Source: Bacteroidales bacterium (GTDB lineage Bacteria > Bacteroidota > Bacteroidia > Bacteroidales > UBA12077). From it: DNA of 64,000 nt. Position numbers and translations under genes: made by a program. This document shows, one piece after another, positions 18,076-27,409 of the stretch (the first letter of the stretch is position 1; each line of letters begins with the position of its first letter). A model generated the notes under the pieces. That model did not search any database. It saw only the letters and a program-made list of their open reading frames with translations, and was not told where the DNA came from. Location of the stretch: contig JAQIBH010000071.1 in NCBI GenBank assembly GCA_027859205.1, positions 5,807 through 69,806 of the forward strand, in the 5' to 3' direction.

Positions 18076-19365
18076 TTAGTGTTCAGGTGTATTAATTTCC
18101 AGTCTGATTATATCTTTTTGTCCATAACCATCCTGATCATATTTAGACACATATGCATATTTGCCATTTCTTATTGGATAGAAAAAAAGATTATCATCAG
18201 TTGAATTAATAGGATATCCAATATTTATTGGTTTTGACCAAACGTTTAAAAAAAATTTTTTAGAGTAAAACACATCAAATCCTCCCATGTTATGATGTCC
18301 TTGGGAGCTAAAATACAATGTTTTGTTATCTTCGCATATTATAGGAGTTTCTTCATTAAAAGGAGTGTTTATTTCATTCCCAAGATTAATAGCTTCGCCC
18401 CAATCATTTGTTTTTTCATCAAACTCACATTTATAAATATCTGTTCCACCAAATCCACCTTTTCGATTACTTACAAAATATAGGGTTTTGCCATCATTCG
18501 AAAGAGAAGCAAATGTTTCAAGGAACTTGGAATTTATATTTTTATTTAATTTTTCAGGTACAGACCACCTAATACCTTCTAATCGACTAATATAAATATT
18601 AGAATTAAATTTATCATTTTTGGAAAGAACTAAAGTTTTCCCCTTGGCCGATAAGAAGCATGTGTGGAAATCTCCATCAGATTTCAATTCTGGTGTTATA
18701 TTAATTGGGGCCGTCCATTGCTCGTCTTTTTTTATTGAATACAGAATAGCGTCATAAAATTTTAATTTAGAGACATATATCAATGATTTTTCATCAGATG
18801 ATATTACAGGTCTTAAATTGGAAAATTCATTATTTATTAGCTTACCCATATTAATTTCGTCAATTAATAATGGATTGTTGATTAATTTTTTTGCAGCCTC
18901 ACAAGATTGAATTTGTTTGTAGACATATTCTATATTATAATTCTTTTCAGCAGATACTAGTTTGCCGAATTTTTTAAAAACCTCAATTGCCTTGTCGAGT
19001 TGATTGTCAGTCTGATAGGCAGATGCTAAATAGAATAAAGTTCTATAAGGAGCTTTTGTTTCTTTAAAAGATCCTTCTTTAATTGACTTTGAAAGATCCT
19101 TACAAGCTTCTTCTAAATAAGGAATTGAATTGTTCTTTTGACCTGGAACTTGAGAATAACATTCACCAATTCGATGGTTTATGTAGGCATTATCTAAACC
19201 GTTTTCGTAAAGATTTAAATACAAAGCTAATGCTTCTTCGTATTCTTCAAATAAAATGTAATACTCTGCTTCGGAGAAGGTTTCTTTTAATGCTTCACTA
19301 TATTGTGAGAACGAGGTATTACATGACGCAAAATAAACTAAAGCAATTAAAAGTATCTTTCTCAT
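18076..19365 (-). CDS. Exported TPR + PD40/TolB-like beta-propeller protein (paralog 1, possible lipoprotein)
   Basis: 429 aa. Leader MRKILLIALVYFASC, TPR-like YEEALALYL...HRIGECY, PD40 signatures TLYFVSNRKGGFGGTDIY and TLYFSSQGHHNMGGFDVFY. Confidence 0.7.
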   Translation of the reverse strand: MRKILLIALVYFASCNTSFSQYSEALKETFSEAEYYILFEEYEEALALYLNLYENGLDNAYINHRIGECYSQVPGQKNNSIPYLEEACKDLSKSIKEGSFKETKAPYRTLFYLASAYQTDNQLDKAIEVFKKFGKLVSAEKNYNIEYVYKQIQSCEAAKKLINNPLLIDEINMGKLINNEFSNLRPVISSDEKSLIYVSKLKFYDAILYSIKKDEQWTAPINITPELKSDGDFHTCFLSAKGKTLVLSKNDKFNSNIYISRLEGIRWSVPEKLNKNINSKFLETFASLSNDGKTLYFVSNRKGGFGGTDIYKCEFDEKTNDWGEAINLGNEINTPFNEETPIICEDNKTLYFSSQGHHNMGGFDVFYSKKFFLNVWSKPINIGYPINSTDDNLFFYPIRNGKYAYVSKYDQDGYGQKDIIRLEINTPEH

Positions 19366-19440
19366 AATTACGAAAAGTAAATTAATATTAGGGGAACAAT
19401 TTACTCACATTATATAAAGAAATCCAATTTTAAAAGATAA

Positions 19441-22377
19441 TTATTCAGTTCTTTTTTCGTTTCCCTTATTCTGTCTACGATATAAATAAACAATAAATAA
19501 TCCAAGAAGTATGCCGGCAAAACTAATAAATAAAATCATTGGTAAACCTTTATTCTTTTTGGATTCTTTTGAATCAAGGGAGTCTGTGTCGTCTGAAGTT
19601 TCAAACTCTAATGATGCTGTGGTTGCAATTCGCATTCCTTCCATTAAGGCAAATAATTGTTTTAGTTCTGCCTCTGAATATTTATTTGAATTTGTTAAAT
19701 ACGTTTTGAAATCATCTAAAGAAACCATGTCAATTGCGGTAGCATCTATATTTGTTAAAAGACTTGCAATATCCATTTTTAGAATATTTTCAATATTTGC
19801 TAATAATGCAGATGCAGTTATTTCAGAGTTACTTAAATAATTTTCAAGTAAATTAACAATATCATGCGAGTTGTAATTTTTGTTTTCTGAAATTAATACC
19901 AGATATTGAATTACAGATAAATTGTTTTCAAAATCTTTTTTATTGGAATTAACAGTTTCTAACACATGCTTTAAATCTCCTGAAGAATGTTTTAAAAGAG
20001 CTAGTATAAAATCTGGAGTATTATCAGTTGAATTAATTGCTAAAGCTATAATCAAAGCTTGTGTGTTTTCTTTTGAAAGCCCTAAGCTTGCAACTTTTGC
20101 ATAAATTTGATTAATTAAATCTTCAACAGTACTTGCTGATTTTATTCCAGAAGAATTTATTAAGTCTTTAAATCCTTCATAACTGAAATTATTAATTCCA
20201 GATAAAACTTCTGCAAAATCTTTATTAATTGGAGTGTGAGAAATAACTAGTTCTTCATTTTTAATATTGTTATGCTTGTCAACTAATTTAAAGTTAAGCT
20301 TGCTCTTTTCTCCCTTTGGTTCAAATTCATATGTAAAGCTTTCTTTCTTAATGTTAAACATTTCTGTATTAATCAATTTGTCGTCAACAAAGGTTTCTAC
20401 AAACAGTTTAGAGCCACGTTCAACTGATAATTTTATTTTTACCCTTTTTTCGCCGTATTTATTTAAGCTAATTATTTTTTCAGCTATACTTAATTCGGCA
20501 TCAACATCTCTAGGTAAATATGAAACAGTAACTTCTTCAGTTCTTACGTTATTATGTTTGTCAACTAGCTTGAATTTTATTTTACTTTCACCAACAAGAG
20601 GTTTGTATTCATAAATAAAATCATCTTTCCTAATGTCAAATTCTTCGGAATTAATTAATTGATTTTTATAATACGTTTCTACAAATAATTTATTACCCTT
20701 TTTTAAGGATAACTTTATTCTGATATTTTCCTGATCTGTTTGCAATAAATTAGTATCAAGTAAAATATTTGGCATAGAATCAGCTAAGGCCAAAGTTTCT
20801 GTTTGATCTTTTTTAGATGAAAGGAATCTTTCATTTATTTCATACCCTGTAGAAATAAAGTATTGAGTTCCTACATCATTTAATGCACTTTCATAAACAA
20901 GATGATTAACTCCTAAAGGTGTTCTGTATTGATAATCAAAATCATCCTTATAAGGATTTAAAACTTTAATTGTATCTTGATTTTCTTGATCTATAATATT
21001 AATACTGAAATTTTTTACGTTACGGTCAGTTTCATTATCCATATTTAAAATTCCTTCAACTAGAATATTATTATAATCCGGAATGCTAAATAACTGGAAA
21101 TGATAAATATCCTGACCTCCAAATCCTTGTTTCTTGAATAGTGAACAATATGCGAAACTCCCTTTTTCAAAAGGAACGAAGAAAATATCATTGTCAGTAG
21201 TATTTATTGGATACCCAATATTCACAGGTTCAGTCCATTCATCATCAATAATTTCTGAATAAAAAATATCATATCCACCCATTCCTGAATGTCCTTCGGA
21301 ACTAAAAAATAACCTTTTACCGTCAGGAGTTAAAAAGGGAGTATTTTCATTCCATACCGTATTTATTGTGTTTCCTAAATTCAGTGCAACACCCCATGTT
21401 GTATCAGTAAGTCTTTCCGAAACATAAATATCTAAATCGCCGTATCCTTTTTCACGGTTGCTTGCAAAAAACAGTTTTTGGTTATCTGCAGATATAGAAG
21501 CATGAGATTCCCAGTATTTTGTATTTATATTTTCACCTAACTTTCTAACTTTTGTCCAAAAGCCGTCTTTTAAGTAACTTACATAAATATTCCCGTCAAA
21601 ATCATCGTCTCTATAAATGTAGAGTTCAGTTCCATCAAAAGATAAACCTGTTGTAGAGCTTTTGTCATCAATTCCTAATTGCCCCATTAGATTCATTGGA
21701 TAACTCCAAAGTCCATTGGAATCTTTTTTAGAGTAAAAAATAGCATCGTAGAATTGTAGTGAGGCTGTAAAAACTAAAGTAGAACCATCACCAGATACTA
21801 CTGCATTAAATTCATTAAATCTTGTATTAACTTTATTTCCAGCATTCCGAGCTATAAAATCAATGGGATGGTATTGAAATTGAATTGCATTTCTACAAGC
21901 ATCAAACTGTCTGTTTAAATAATTGATGTTATAAATATCTTTATTTGCTACTTTTTTTGTTCGTGTAATTGCATTCTGAAATCCAGTATATGCATCAATA
22001 GATTCATTAATCTGGTTTGATACCAAATAGGCATTTCCTAAATAGAAAAGAGCATCGATTGGAGCCAATTTTTCAGCATAAGTATTATTTCTGTAATTAA
22101 ATGTTGTTTTGTTTATTGCCTGTTCAAGATACGGAATTGATTTTTCTTTTTGACCAGGAATGTGAAGGTAACAAAAACCAACTTTGTACATTACGTTATA
22201 GTTTACTGAGTCGGTTTCAAGTATTCTTAAGAATAAAGGTAATGCTTCTTCATAATCTTCATAGAAGAACCAAGAATCGGCATCAAGAAACAATTCTTCA
22301 AGTTCGTAATATTCTTGAGTAAATGATTTAGAAATTAATATCAAGCTAAGAAAAATGAGTATGCCTATTCTTTTCAT
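19441..22377 (-). CDS. Exported TPR + PD40 beta-propeller protein with duplicated 73-aa module and C-terminal TM anchor (paralog 2)
   Basis: 978 aa. Signal peptide, YEEALPLFL...YKVGFCY, KLFFASNREKGYGDLDIY, RLFFSSEGHSGMGGYDIFY. Hydrophobic MILFISFAGILLGLFIVYLY followed by RRQNKGNEKRTE at the C-terminus. Confidence 0.7.
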   Translation of the reverse strand: MKRIGILIFLSLILISKSFTQEYYELEELFLDADSWFFYEDYEEALPLFLRILETDSVNYNVMYKVGFCYLHIPGQKEKSIPYLEQAINKTTFNYRNNTYAEKLAPIDALFYLGNAYLVSNQINESIDAYTGFQNAITRTKKVANKDIYNINYLNRQFDACRNAIQFQYHPIDFIARNAGNKVNTRFNEFNAVVSGDGSTLVFTASLQFYDAIFYSKKDSNGLWSYPMNLMGQLGIDDKSSTTGLSFDGTELYIYRDDDFDGNIYVSYLKDGFWTKVRKLGENINTKYWESHASISADNQKLFFASNREKGYGDLDIYVSERLTDTTWGVALNLGNTINTVWNENTPFLTPDGKRLFFSSEGHSGMGGYDIFYSEIIDDEWTEPVNIGYPINTTDNDIFFVPFEKGSFAYCSLFKKQGFGGQDIYHFQLFSIPDYNNILVEGILNMDNETDRNVKNFSINIIDQENQDTIKVLNPYKDDFDYQYRTPLGVNHLVYESALNDVGTQYFISTGYEINERFLSSKKDQTETLALADSMPNILLDTNLLQTDQENIRIKLSLKKGNKLFVETYYKNQLINSEEFDIRKDDFIYEYKPLVGESKIKFKLVDKHNNVRTEEVTVSYLPRDVDAELSIAEKIISLNKYGEKRVKIKLSVERGSKLFVETFVDDKLINTEMFNIKKESFTYEFEPKGEKSKLNFKLVDKHNNIKNEELVISHTPINKDFAEVLSGINNFSYEGFKDLINSSGIKSASTVEDLINQIYAKVASLGLSKENTQALIIALAINSTDNTPDFILALLKHSSGDLKHVLETVNSNKKDFENNLSVIQYLVLISENKNYNSHDIVNLLENYLSNSEITASALLANIENILKMDIASLLTNIDATAIDMVSLDDFKTYLTNSNKYSEAELKQLFALMEGMRIATTASLEFETSDDTDSLDSKESKKNKGLPMILFISFAGILLGLFIVYLYRRQNKGNEKRTE
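20224..20724 (-). repeat. Intragenic tandem duplication: two 219-nt (73-aa) modules (20506-20724 and 20224-20442) separated by 63 nt
   Basis: IRIKLSLKKGNKLFVETYY...FKLVDKHNNVRTEEV aligns with VKIKLSVERGSKLFVETFV...FKLVDKHNNIKNEEL. About half the residues are identical by hand alignment. Confidence 0.85.
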
Positions 22378-22503
22378 ATTTTATTTATTTACAATCACAC
22401 GAAATTAAATAAAAATAATGAAAAAAATCAGCTTAACATTATAATCTTCTCTAAATTTATGAGAGTTTAATTAAATATGGAACAAAGGTTTAAGTAGTAA
22501 GGA

Positions 22504-23841
22504 TTAATTTTCTGAAAGATTATTACTTTTTGACTCCAGTTCTTTTTCTTTCTCAGGAATATTTTCTCTTTCAAAAATACGAATTCGATAAATATCGTTA
22601 TCGCCGTAACCGGTTTCTTTAAATTTTGAATAGTATGCAGTTTCACCATTATTTAGAGGGAAAAAGAAGATATCATCGTCGGTGGTATTAAAAGGGAATC
22701 CTAAGTTTTCGGGTTTTCGCCAATTAGAACCTTGTTTTTTTGATATAAAAATATCGAAGCCTCCAATATTAAAATGACCTTGAGATGAGAAATACAAATT
22801 TTTTCCATCTTCAGTAATAAATGGAGTTGCTTCGTCAAAAATACTATTTATTGTCGCGCCCATGTTTACCGGAGATCCCCATTCACCTGCTGCATCAATC
22901 TTTGATTCGTAAATATCAAAGCCCCCAAAGCCTCCATTTCTATTACTTGTAAAATATAGCGTAAGTCCATCATCAGAAACACAAGCGTATGTTTCTGAGG
23001 CGCCAGAATTAATATTATTGCCTAGTTTTTCGGGAATACTCCAAACGCCATTATTAAACCTGCTTGTATAAAGATTTAAGTTATCATTATCGTTTTTCAT
23101 TAGATACAAAGTATTGCCATCTCTTGTAAGAAATACAGGATTAACAGGAGAATCTGAATTAAAATCCAATGAAATATTTCTGGCAGGTAACCATCTTCCG
23201 TCACGTTTTTTAGAAGAAAATATACCATCGTAAAAGCGCAATTCACTTACAAATACAATGGTTTCTTCATCTTGAGAAACTAAAGGGTTGACATTGTTAA
23301 ATTTACTATTAATATTTCTACCCAAGTTTGATTCGATAATACTAGTAGGAATTTTTGTTAATTCTAAGGCATTTTTACACGCAGTAATTTCTGAATCTAC
23401 AATCTTGTTTTCCTCTTCATCTTTTGGTTCAAGAAGTTCTTTGTATTTGTTAAAAGCAGTAATAGCTTCATTTAATCGATTATTTACACGATATGCCATT
23501 CCTAAATACAAATATGACTCAATAGGAGCTTCTCTTTCTGTGTATATACCAACACTGTAATTATCAGATATATTTTCAACAGCATCTTCTAAATAAACAA
23601 TTGCCTTATCTTTTTGATTTGGAATATTTAAATAGCAGTAACCAATACGATGTTTTATGTTAGCATCTCTTCTTCCTGAATCAAATAATTCAAGAAAATA
23701 TGGAAGAGCTTCTCTGTATTCCTCATATATTAATGAAAACTCACCATTAATATAAGCTCTTTTAAGATCTTTTCTGTTTTGAGATTGAGCTAATGAAGAA
23801 AAAGAAAAAATAATAAGTAATAAGATCGATAATCGTTTCAT
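22504..23841 (-). CDS. Exported TPR + PD40 beta-propeller protein (paralog 3)
   Basis: Start placed at ATG 23841 (MKRLSILLLIIFSFSSLAQ). YREALPYFL...HRIGYCY, TLYFTSNRNGGFGGFDIY, NLYFSSQGHFNIGGFDIF. Confidence 0.7.
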   Translation of the reverse strand: MKRLSILLLIIFSFSSLAQSQNRKDLKRAYINGEFSLIYEEYREALPYFLELFDSGRRDANIKHRIGYCYLNIPNQKDKAIVYLEDAVENISDNYSVGIYTEREAPIESYLYLGMAYRVNNRLNEAITAFNKYKELLEPKDEEENKIVDSEITACKNALELTKIPTSIIESNLGRNINSKFNNVNPLVSQDEETIVFVSELRFYDGIFSSKKRDGRWLPARNISLDFNSDSPVNPVFLTRDGNTLYLMKNDNDNLNLYTSRFNNGVWSIPEKLGNNINSGASETYACVSDDGLTLYFTSNRNGGFGGFDIYESKIDAAGEWGSPVNMGATINSIFDEATPFITEDGKNLYFSSQGHFNIGGFDIFISKKQGSNWRKPENLGFPFNTTDDDIFFFPLNNGETAYYSKFKETGYGDNDIYRIRIFERENIPEKEKELESKSNNLSEN

Positions 23842-23868
23842 TTCCATTGTAATTATAACAAACAGAAA

Positions 23869-23876
23869 CAAATGTA
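23869..23876 (-). promoter_or_regulatory. Putative -7 promoter box (TACATTTG on minus strand)
   Basis: The plus strand reads CAAATGTA. It lies 27 nt upstream of ATG 23841 and overlaps the longer ORF extension, which supports the shorter start. Confidence 0.45.
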
Positions 23877-23955
23877 AGTATTTAAGTCGATTTTTCTAAG
23901 AAAACTAGAATTTTTCAGATTAATACTTTAGCATAATATTCAAATTACTAATATC

Positions 23956-25299
23956 TTATACATTCCTGTTAAAGTCAAAGTTCTGGAGATAATCAGAAAT
24001 TCTTTTTAAAAACATACCACCTAATGCACCATCAACAACCCTATGATCATAAGCAAGTGAAAGTATCATCATATGACGAATTGCTATGGCATCTCCAGAT
24101 GGAGTTTCAATTACAGCTGGTTTTTTTACAATTGCGCCAACTCCAAGAATGGCAACTTGTGGTTGATTAATTATTGGAGTTCCTGTTGTATTACCAAAAC
24201 TGCCAAAATTTGTTATTGTAAATGTGCCTCCTTGAATCTCGTCGGGCTTTAATTTATTATTGCGAGCTCTTGATGCTAAGTCATTTACACTGGATGCTAT
24301 TCCCAATAAATTTAAACGATCTGCATTTTTAATAACCGGCACTATTAAGTTTCCTGAAGGTAATGCTGCTGCAATTCCTATGTTTATGTTCTTCTTTCTA
24401 ATGATTTTATCCTTGTCAACAGAAACATTAATCATTGGAAAATCTTTTAAAGCTTTAACTGTGGCTTCAACAAAAATATGTGTAAATGTTAATTTTATAT
24501 TTTCTTGCTCTAAAACCTTGTCTTTATTTTTGTTTCTCCAGTTAACAATATTTGTTACGTCGGTTTCAATAAATGAAGTTACATGCGGCGATGTTTGTTT
24601 TGAGTGAACCATATGTTCAGCGATTAATTTTCGCATTCGGTCCATTTCAATTATTTCATAATCACCTCCAGAGTATATTTGATCATTGCTAATTTGTGGT
24701 TTAGGAGTCTTAGTAACAGTAGTTTCTTTTTGTAATTGAAGATTTAAATTTGGGTCGATACCAGAATTAGTTCTTGTATTTAAATAATTAATTATGTCTT
24801 TTTTGGTTATTCGCCCAGTGTTTCCACTACCATTAATGTTGTCTAATTCATCAACAGAAACATGTTCTTTTTCGGCGATGCTTTTTACTAATGGTGATAG
24901 GAATTTCCCTTCTGGTGTTTTCGATATAATAAGTTCGCTAGGTTTATTATCTGATGGTATACTTGCAATAGAATAGGGAGTTGATTTGTCATCAATATTT
25001 GATTCTATCTTAGGCTTATTTTCTTTAATAATTTCTTCAGCCTGATCAGTATCCTTACTGCTTGTACTTAATATTGCAATTGTATCGCCAACTTTAGGGA
25101 TATCATCTTCATTAAATAATAGTTTTTCAATAACTCCAGCTTCGGGAGCAGGTATTTCTGAATCAACTTTATCTGTTGCAACTTCAACAAGTGACTGATC
25201 TTCTTCAATAACATCTCCAACACTAACCAACCATTTTGTTATTGTAGCTTCAATAATTCCTTCACCCATTGCAGGTAATAATATTTCAATTTTTGCCAT
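23956..25299 (-). CDS. 2-oxo acid dehydrogenase E2 component (dihydrolipoamide acyltransferase)
   Basis: 447 aa. Lipoyl domain with EVATDKV, E3-binding segment SPLVKSIAEKEHVSV, catalytic DHRVVDG. Confidence 0.88.
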   Translation of the reverse strand: MAKIEILLPAMGEGIIEATITKWLVSVGDVIEEDQSLVEVATDKVDSEIPAPEAGVIEKLLFNEDDIPKVGDTIAILSTSSKDTDQAEEIIKENKPKIESNIDDKSTPYSIASIPSDNKPSELIISKTPEGKFLSPLVKSIAEKEHVSVDELDNINGSGNTGRITKKDIINYLNTRTNSGIDPNLNLQLQKETTVTKTPKPQISNDQIYSGGDYEIIEMDRMRKLIAEHMVHSKQTSPHVTSFIETDVTNIVNWRNKNKDKVLEQENIKLTFTHIFVEATVKALKDFPMINVSVDKDKIIRKKNINIGIAAALPSGNLIVPVIKNADRLNLLGIASSVNDLASRARNNKLKPDEIQGGTFTITNFGSFGNTTGTPIINQPQVAILGVGAIVKKPAVIETPSGDAIAIRHMMILSLAYDHRVVDGALGGMFLKRISDYLQNFDFNRNV

Positions 25300-25337
25300 T
25301 GTAATTCATTTAAACTTTTGAAAATTATCAGCCGATT

Positions 25338-27299
25338 TTATCGACCAATCTGTTTAAACCCTTTGAGAAGTATATTTAAATCGTTCCATATGGTGTAATT
25401 TTTTGCATAAACCATATTTGATTTATTAATAAAAGAAACTGTTGGTTCTTTTAATGATTTAAGATCAAGAGGTGTTAATATTCCTTCTTTAATTTTAGGA
25501 AAATTTTCTACATTAACAGTACTTTTCTTATAATACCCTACCCAGGTTTTTAATCCTAACAAAACTTTAAAAGAATTGTTTATTAATTTGAAAGGGATTT
25601 TTGAGAATAGTAATATTAAAGGACAGAATATTAGTATTAAAATTGATGTCGATATATCAAAAAATCGTTTGTCTCTGATATTATTGTTTTTTGATATTGC
25701 ATTTAATTCAACCGTATATAGCTCGCCTGCAGTTTCAATAGAGTTACTTCCAATGATTGATAAGGTATCTGGTTGTGCAATTTTATAATCAATATTAAAA
25801 TCGGATAATTGCAGCATGCTAGCAATTATTTGGTTTGATGTAATATCTTTTGCACAAAATACTATTTCGTTTATTTTATGAATTTTAATTATTTCTTTAA
25901 GTTGATTAATTGTTCCAAGATGATAATCTTTTTGAGATTCTAATGAAGGTGCTACATATCCAACTATGCGCGGTTTTATTTCTGAATCAATAATAATTTT
26001 TTCAACTCTTTGTACTTCATCAATTAAACCAACACTTATTATTCGTAATTTGCGATTTAATTTAAATTTTTGAGGTAAAAAATTTATATAATGAACAAGT
26101 AGTCGGTTTAAAAATGTTACTGCTAATGTAACTACACCTCCAATTAAAATTAAGGCTCTTGAGTATCTGTAGCTCTCAGGCAGGAGTGCGTAAGCAGCTA
26201 GTATGATTAAGGTTCCAATAGCTACTCCTTTTAGAAGCCCAGTCATTTTTATTTGTTTAGAATATCCGGCATTAATCCAAATGCTTAAAATCCAAATTAG
26301 AATATAACTTGGTACAGCATAAAGTAAAAATTCTTTGGGATATTGACCTTGCCCTTTTAATTTATACATTTCCCAGATTGGTTTTATTAGGTAAAAACCA
26401 TAAAAAATTGTTATTACGTCCAATAAAGGTAGAAAAGCATTCTTTACAAATCGAGAAATTAATGCCATTAAAGCTCTGAAATACACCGCTATATTGATCA
26501 ATAATGAAAAAGCTTTAGCATTTTTGGTTGAGAAATGTTTTCGTGCAAAAATAATCATGGCATTGTAAAAAACATACACATAATTAATGCTGCCTTTTTT
26601 TGTGCTTTCTCCTTTATAATGAATTATAGTTGTTTCAGGAAAATAATAATTTTTATAACCGGATTTTGTAATCCTGTAAGATAGATCAATATCTTCTCCA
26701 TACATGAAATAGTCTTCGTCAAGTAAGCCAGTTTTTTCTAATACTTCACTTCTAAGAAACATAAAGGCTCCAGGTAGAATTTCTATTTCATTTGTTTTGT
26801 CGTTATTTAAATGGCCTAAATAATATCTTGCGATTTTTTTAGATTTAGGGAAAAGACGCGTTAAACCAAATATTTTATAAAAAGCAACCAGCGGAGTTGG
26901 TAATGCTCTTTTAGACTCTGGTAAAAATCGACCTTTACCGTCAATCATCTTAACTGTTAATGCTCCTGCATCAAAGTTAGAATCCATAAACTGAATGCAC
27001 TTTTCAAAGCTGTCTTCTTCAACAACAGTATCAGGATTTAGCAGTAATATATATTGACCACTGGCAATTTTTATTGCTTGATTATTTGCGAACGAAAAAC
27101 CTTGGTTTTTTTTATTTTCGATTAGCTTGACTTTCGGAAATTTCTCTTTTATCATAGAACAGGAGCCGTCAACAGAGTCATTATCCACAACAAATATTTC
27201 CGAATTAATATTTCCTAATGCTTTAAAAACAGAAATTAAGCATTGTTCAAGAAAATGCTTAACATTATAATTAACTATGATTACCGAAATTTTGACCAT
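25338..27299 (-). CDS. Family 2 glycosyltransferase fused to a membrane region and a degenerate sugar-transferase-like C-terminus
   Basis: 653 aa. GT2 start VIIVNYNV...VVDNDSVDGS...LLNPDT, central TM helices, then RIISVGL...IVGYV and KRFFDISTSILILIFCPLILL. Confidence 0.7.
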   Translation of the reverse strand: MVKISVIIVNYNVKHFLEQCLISVFKALGNINSEIFVVDNDSVDGSCSMIKEKFPKVKLIENKKNQGFSFANNQAIKIASGQYILLLNPDTVVEEDSFEKCIQFMDSNFDAGALTVKMIDGKGRFLPESKRALPTPLVAFYKIFGLTRLFPKSKKIARYYLGHLNNDKTNEIEILPGAFMFLRSEVLEKTGLLDEDYFMYGEDIDLSYRITKSGYKNYYFPETTIIHYKGESTKKGSINYVYVFYNAMIIFARKHFSTKNAKAFSLLINIAVYFRALMALISRFVKNAFLPLLDVITIFYGFYLIKPIWEMYKLKGQGQYPKEFLLYAVPSYILIWILSIWINAGYSKQIKMTGLLKGVAIGTLIILAAYALLPESYRYSRALILIGGVVTLAVTFLNRLLVHYINFLPQKFKLNRKLRIISVGLIDEVQRVEKIIIDSEIKPRIVGYVAPSLESQKDYHLGTINQLKEIIKIHKINEIVFCAKDITSNQIIASMLQLSDFNIDYKIAQPDTLSIIGSNSIETAGELYTVELNAISKNNNIRDKRFFDISTSILILIFCPLILLFSKIPFKLINNSFKVLLGLKTWVGYYKKSTVNVENFPKIKEGILTPLDLKSLKEPTVSFINKSNMVYAKNYTIWNDLNILLKGFKQIGR

Positions 27300-27328
27300 T
27301 TATTTAAAACTCTTAAATGAGTTAATTA

Positions 27329-27336
27329 CAAATATA
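27329..27336 (-). promoter_or_regulatory. Putative -7 promoter box (TATATTTG on minus strand)
   Basis: The plus strand reads CAAATATA, 29 nt upstream of ATG 27299. Confidence 0.45.
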
Positions 27337-27370
27337 ACGAAATGTTGGAAGTAAATATTGAAAGTGAAAA

Positions 27371-27401
27371 TAAAAAAAAGGACTGTTAACAGCCCTTTTT
27401 A
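27371..27401 (-). terminator. Rho-independent terminator (usable in both directions)
   Basis: Hairpin AGGACTGTT/AACAGCCCT at 27379-27396 with an A-run before and a T-run after. It sits 9 nt downstream of the aminotransferase stop. Confidence 0.65.
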
Positions 27402-27409
27402 TTATGAAA

